Shown here: piece by piece, positions 59,844 to 64,000 of the stretch
How the letters are laid out: the number at the start of each line of letters is the position of its first letter
How positions within the stretch are numbered: position 1 is the first letter of the stretch
Source: Glaciecola sp.
Lineage (GTDB): Bacteria > Pseudomonadota > Gammaproteobacteria > Enterobacterales > Alteromonadaceae
Direction of reading: 5' to 3'
Assembly (NCBI GenBank): GCA_047636735.1
Contig: JBLIGC010000004.1
Location: forward strand, 12,867 to 76,866
DNA length: 64,000 nt
Translations under genes and position numbers: made by a program
Notes under the pieces: generated by a model
Databases searched by the model: none
What the model was told of the DNA's origin: nothing
Seen by the model: the letters and a program-made list of their open reading frames with translations, nothing else

Positions 59844-60600
59844 ATTATTAAATTTTAGTGAGCAAGTAGCAATCATCACTGGTGCATCAAGCGGCTTTGG
59901 AAGAGCATTGGCGATTGGTCTTAATGAGCGAGGTTGCAAGTTAGTGTTAAGCGATATTAATGCGCACGGATTAGCCCAAACTAAATCTATGTTAGCAAAC
60001 TCCGCTAATTGCGAAACTCACACCTTAGATGTGGCAAAAGAAGACAGTGCACAAATTATGGTTGCTTCTGCCATAGATACATTTGGTGCACTAACAATTG
60101 CCGTAAACAACGCCGGCATTGCTCACAAACAAGCTGCCTTGCACCAAATGACAAGCGATATTTTTGATAAACAGTTCGACATAAACGTAAAAGGGGTCGC
60201 CTTTGGAATGAAACATCAAATTCAAGCGATGCTTAAGCAGGGTAAAGGACATGTGTTAAATATAAGTTCTTTGGCCGGTATTGGTGGAACGCCAAAAGGT
60301 GGCGCATATAGCGCCGCTAAGCACGCAGTAGTTGGACTTACTCGCACAGCGGCAGTTGAATATGGCCGATACAATGTTCGCAGTAATGCAGTTTGTCCAT
60401 TTTTTAGCCCTACAGATATTATTAATGTTGAGGGGGTCGCGTCTGAAGAAGATAAACAAAAGCTAGGCATGGGTAGCCCAATGAAACGAATTAGCACAAT
60501 AGATGAAATTGTAAATGTTATGATATTAATATTGTCGCCAGGTAATACGTATATGAATGGCCAAACTATTGCTATTGATGGCGGCGTTACAGCTTGGTAA
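59836..60600 (+). CDS. SDR family oxidoreductase
   Basis: TGASSGFG, NNAG, YSAAK, IDGG; overlaps the upstream stop. Confidence 0.9.
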   Translation: MDKLLNFSEQVAIITGASSGFGRALAIGLNERGCKLVLSDINAHGLAQTKSMLANSANCETHTLDVAKEDSAQIMVASAIDTFGALTIAVNNAGIAHKQAALHQMTSDIFDKQFDINVKGVAFGMKHQIQAMLKQGKGHVLNISSLAGIGGTPKGGAYSAAKHAVVGLTRTAAVEYGRYNVRSNAVCPFFSPTDIINVEGVASEEDKQKLGMGSPMKRISTIDEIVNVMILILSPGNTYMNGQTIAIDGGVTAW

Positions 60601-60815
60601 TTATTACCAATGCCTAATTTTTAGCTTAACCAGTATTAGATACTGACAATAAAAATTCTATTTACTGTTAGTATCTAATATGAATATCAACAAACTCCTA
60701 GCCTTTCTCCTTAATAGTATCGTAACTAATACTATTGTATTAGCAGAGTATCTTTCCTTACCTCTCTTATTTTGTATAGTCAGGCTGAACCCATAACTTA
60801 GCCAGGAGAAGTAAC

Positions 60816-61208
60816 ATGTTGAAAAAATTACTGATACCCGTATTGTCACTTGCATGCTTTAGTTTTTCCAACGTGGCAAATGCGCAAGTGGAACAAGCAC
60901 TAGCGAACATTTGCGCCATTGTGAAAGCTGATGACAAAAGCGAACTACGAAAAAAAATGAGAAAAGTACAATCTGATTATGCCATTAAGCTAAGAGATTA
61001 TTACGGGGGTATTACATGTTCAGGAAACAGCCTGATTCGTGTTGCTCTGTTAAATGAGGCACACGAAACAGGTACACTATTAGTGAAGAAGATGCCAAAA
61101 AAGCTTTTAAACACGCCAGAGTCAGACGGCAAGACAATTTTGGCGTGGATAAATGAGCAAGGGCTTGGTGACTCCACTATTGCCCAAGAGGTTAAAGATA
61201 GAATATAA
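60816..61208 (+). CDS. Secreted DUF3718-like protein
   Basis: Signal peptide, ICAIVKADDKSELRKK, ITCSGNSLIR; AGGAG RBS. Confidence 0.75.
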   Translation: MLKKLLIPVLSLACFSFSNVANAQVEQALANICAIVKADDKSELRKKMRKVQSDYAIKLRDYYGGITCSGNSLIRVALLNEAHETGTLLVKKMPKKLLNTPESDGKTILAWINEQGLGDSTIAQEVKDRI

Positions 61209-61270
61209 ACACATTATCAGACTGTTGATAACCAATTCAACATGGTCGACAAAGGTGACTTTGTCTTTTT

Positions 61271-61301
61271 GGTGACATCCTTCCGGGACGTCACCTTTTT
61301 T
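61271..61301 (+). terminator. Intrinsic terminator
   Basis: GGTGACATCC-TTCCG-GGACGTCACC-TTTTTT. Confidence 0.7.
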
Positions 61302-61339
61302 GTGTCAACAACATTACCATAATGCTAAATTACACCTTG

Positions 61340-62314
61340 CTATGGTAGCAATATCACTTTGCCTTTTACCGCGCGAGAAGTAACCTTGTTAATAGCGTCA
61401 ACAGCATGCCCAAGTTCAAAAGCTTCATCAACGACCACTTTCACTTTGCCTTGGCTATACCAGGTAATCAATTCTTTCATATTCATCATGAAATCTTGAG
61501 GTTGATGCTGCGTAAACGAACCCCAAAATACACCAACGACAGAGAACCCTTTTACAAGCGAAAGATTAACTGGGAATTTTGGAATTTCACCGCCTGCAAA
61601 TCCAATTACCAGCAAACGACCCGACCATGCCATTATCCGAGTGCACGCGTGGAAGGTGTCACCGCCTACGCATTCATACACAACGTCTACGCCTTTGCCT
61701 TTGGTCAAATCTTTTACCGTTTCTTTTAAATCTCGTTCACTATAGTTAATCGTGATGTCAGCGCCATTTTGTTTTGCTACTTCACACTTTTCGTCAGTTG
61801 AACACACCGCAATTACGGTGGCACCCATAATTTTGCCTATTTGTACGGCTGCCAGTCCGGTGCCACCTGCCGCACCAGTTACTAACAATGTTTCACCTGC
61901 TTGCAACTGGGCGCGTTGTTTTAGGGCGTGATGCGCAGTAGCATGCGCCGTTAATAATCCTGCGGCTTCTTGCAAGGGAATATCGTCGGGGATAGGCATA
62001 ACTTGATTACACGGTACGACTACCTTTTCGGCATAGCCACCCAACTGACACATAGCAATAACCTTCATTCCTACCGTTAAGTGAGGTACCCCTTCACCTA
62101 TTTCAGCGATAATACCCGACACTTCTGTTCCCGGAATAAAGGGCAGCGGTGGCTTCATCTGATACAAGCCTTGTACCAACAAACTATCGGGAAAATTCAC
62201 ACCAGCCCCAACTACATCAACCAGCACTTCACCTTTTGCAGCAGTAGGCGTGTCTACTTCTTCAAAAGATAACTCACAAACAGGTGCAAACGATTTACAT
62301 ACTATTGCTTTCAT
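61340..62314 (-). CDS. NADPH:quinone oxidoreductase family (MDR) protein
   Basis: GVNFPD.L..QG.YQ..PPLPF.PG.E, GAAGGTG, IGFAGG. Confidence 0.9.
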   Translation of the reverse strand: MKAIVCKSFAPVCELSFEEVDTPTAAKGEVLVDVVGAGVNFPDSLLVQGLYQMKPPLPFIPGTEVSGIIAEIGEGVPHLTVGMKVIAMCQLGGYAEKVVVPCNQVMPIPDDIPLQEAAGLLTAHATAHHALKQRAQLQAGETLLVTGAAGGTGLAAVQIGKIMGATVIAVCSTDEKCEVAKQNGADITINYSERDLKETVKDLTKGKGVDVVYECVGGDTFHACTRIMAWSGRLLVIGFAGGEIPKFPVNLSLVKGFSVVGVFWGSFTQHQPQDFMMNMKELITWYSQGKVKVVVDEAFELGHAVDAINKVTSRAVKGKVILLP

Positions 62315-62332
62315 TGTGAACGCATCCTTAAT

Positions 62333-63550
62333 TTATTTACTGTTATGGCCCACAACTAGGTTTTTACCTAACTGCATCATGTGAACCTGATCCGGACCAT
62401 CTGCGAGTCTAATGGTGCGCGCATAAGCAAGTGTTGCTGATAAGATAGAATCTTGAGATGTACCTAAGCCACCATGGATTTGAATGGCTTCATCAATTAC
62501 TTCACAAGCCATTTTAGGAGCCACTATTTTAATTGCGGCAATAATGTTTTTAGCCACTTTGTTACCGTAGTTGTCCATATTGTCAGCTGCTTTTAAGGTG
62601 AGTAATCGCGCCTGCTCAATTTTACAGTACATTTGCGAAATACTTTCACGGACAGATTGCTGTTTACTTAATGGCTGACCAAAGGCAACACGGTTTTCAA
62701 CACGTTCACATGTCAGATCTAATGCGCGCTGAGCGCAACCAATTAAGCGCATGCAATGATGAATACGACCTGGACCTAATCTGCCTTGAGCAACTTCAAA
62801 TCCGCGCCCTTCACCTAATACCAAATTTTCTTTAGGCACGTTTACGTTTTCAAACAATACTTCGGCATGTCCAATAGGTTCGTCTAAATATCCCATAGCA
62901 GACATTGCTCTAACCACGGTGACTCCGGGTGTATCAAGGGGCACTAAAATTTGCGATTGTTGCTGGTGACGCGCCGCACTAGTATCGGTTTTGCCCATTA
63001 CAATTAATATTTTGCAATTATTGTTCATGGCCCCACTGGTGTACCATTTGCGCCCATTTATTTGATAATGATCGCCTTTATCTTCAATGCTTGTTTCTAT
63101 GTTAGTTGCATCAGATGACGCAACTTCTGGCTCGGTCATGGCAAATGCAGAGCGTATTTCGCCGTTTAACAAGGGCAGCAACCATTTATCTTTTTGCTCC
63201 TGAGTGCCGTATTTTGCCATTACTTCCATATTACCAGTGTCAGGGGCGCTACAATTGAATACCTCTGAACTCCACATTACACGACCCATTAATTCACACA
63301 GCGGCGCATATTCTAAATTAGTTAAGCCCGCGCCATGGGGCAAATAGTCTTCAGGTAAAAATAAATTCCATAAGCCTTGAGCCTTAGCTTTTGCTTTTAA
63401 GGTCTGCATAATTTCAGGAGTTTGCCAACGATCTGTGCTGTTAGCAACTAAATCATGATATTGCTGTTCTATAGGATAAATCTCTTGGTCCATAAACGTA
63501 GATAGTTTCGCCATTAGGTCTTGGACTTTGCTGCTATGTTCAAAATTCAT
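62333..63550 (-). CDS. Acyl-CoA dehydrogenase, ACAD10/11-like clade
   Basis: [60 protein letters not shown]. Confidence 0.9.
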   Translation of the reverse strand: MNFEHSSKVQDLMAKLSTFMDQEIYPIEQQYHDLVANSTDRWQTPEIMQTLKAKAKAQGLWNLFLPEDYLPHGAGLTNLEYAPLCELMGRVMWSSEVFNCSAPDTGNMEVMAKYGTQEQKDKWLLPLLNGEIRSAFAMTEPEVASSDATNIETSIEDKGDHYQINGRKWYTSGAMNNNCKILIVMGKTDTSAARHQQQSQILVPLDTPGVTVVRAMSAMGYLDEPIGHAEVLFENVNVPKENLVLGEGRGFEVAQGRLGPGRIHHCMRLIGCAQRALDLTCERVENRVAFGQPLSKQQSVRESISQMYCKIEQARLLTLKAADNMDNYGNKVAKNIIAAIKIVAPKMACEVIDEAIQIHGGLGTSQDSILSATLAYARTIRLADGPDQVHMMQLGKNLVVGHNSK

Positions 63551-63569
63551 TGTTTTCTCCTTGCCGCTT

Positions 63570-64000
63570 TTAACTGTAAGTAATTTTTGATAAATGAACA
63601 GATGTGTCTAAATGAGGCACATTGTTAAAGCTATTTAATTGATAGCCCGCGCTATTAAAATAAAACTGATTTACGCTAGTATTTTTAATTTGTAGATTAA
63701 ATGCAATGGCTTGCTCAACTGAAGTGTTAAGTAAGGCCATTAAAAACACCGCCATGGCCCCACCTGAAGTGACTACAAGCACGTTTTTGTGCTCACTTTG
63801 ACGCACAAAATTGGCGCTTTTTTGGACACGGCCACAAAACTGTGCCCAGGTTTCACCATCGCCTAAAGGTAATGTGTCTTTTGACCACGCTAACATGGCT
63901 TTCTTTAGAACTTTATACCATTCACCTCGCGGGGCACCTGATGCAGGTTTATGCTGCGGGTATACGCGTAAGTATGCTGATACAATATTTTCAAAATCAA
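63570..64000 (-). CDS. Histidine phosphatase family protein (partial, runs off the window)
   Basis: Frame is open to the window end (DFENIV...KAMLAWS..ETW..F..RV); [18 protein letters not shown]...ITY. Confidence 0.8.
   Translation of the reverse strand, partial: DFENIVSAYLRVYPQHKPASGAPRGEWYKVLKKAMLAWSKDTLPLGDGETWAQFCGRVQKSANFVRQSEHKNVLVVTSGGAMAVFLMALLNTSVEQAIAFNLQIKNTSVNQFYFNSAGYQLNSFNNVPHLDTSVHLSKITYS

Overview
Chromosomal window from a marine gammaproteobacterium, most likely Alteromonadaceae (Glaciecola-like; inferred from gene content and order, not from a search). Most of it is housekeeping and central metabolism: the tail of a sugar-acid cluster, tRNA-Val(GAC), the arsC/yffB-dapE operon, astE, pgm-glgP, moxR-DUF58-tgpA, a stand-alone fusA, gcvA-ygdD-rlmM, ydiJ, ppsA/ppsR, ratAB-smpB-ssrA and metY-rimP-nusA-infB-rbfA-truB-rpsO. 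A decayed island follows ssrA (truncated P4-type integrase, IS3 and IS91/ISCR remnants, an intact traT pair, an M23 fragment). The right end holds a ~15 kb lipid/acyl-CoA catabolic cluster with a TonB-dependent receptor. The most interesting signals are intergenic. (1) A candidate GU-rich small RNA at ~18.6 kb with a sigma54 promoter, an IHF site and tandem NtrC-like sites. (2) A DARS-like DnaA-box cluster at ~3.57 kb. (3) A FadR-like operator in front of the TonB receptor. (4) sigma28 promoters before an unannotated 52-aa ORF and an EAL phosphodiesterase. (5) A gcvB-type promoter that drives an ORF instead of a recognisable GcvB. All family calls come from motif recognition by eye; no searches or folding were run.
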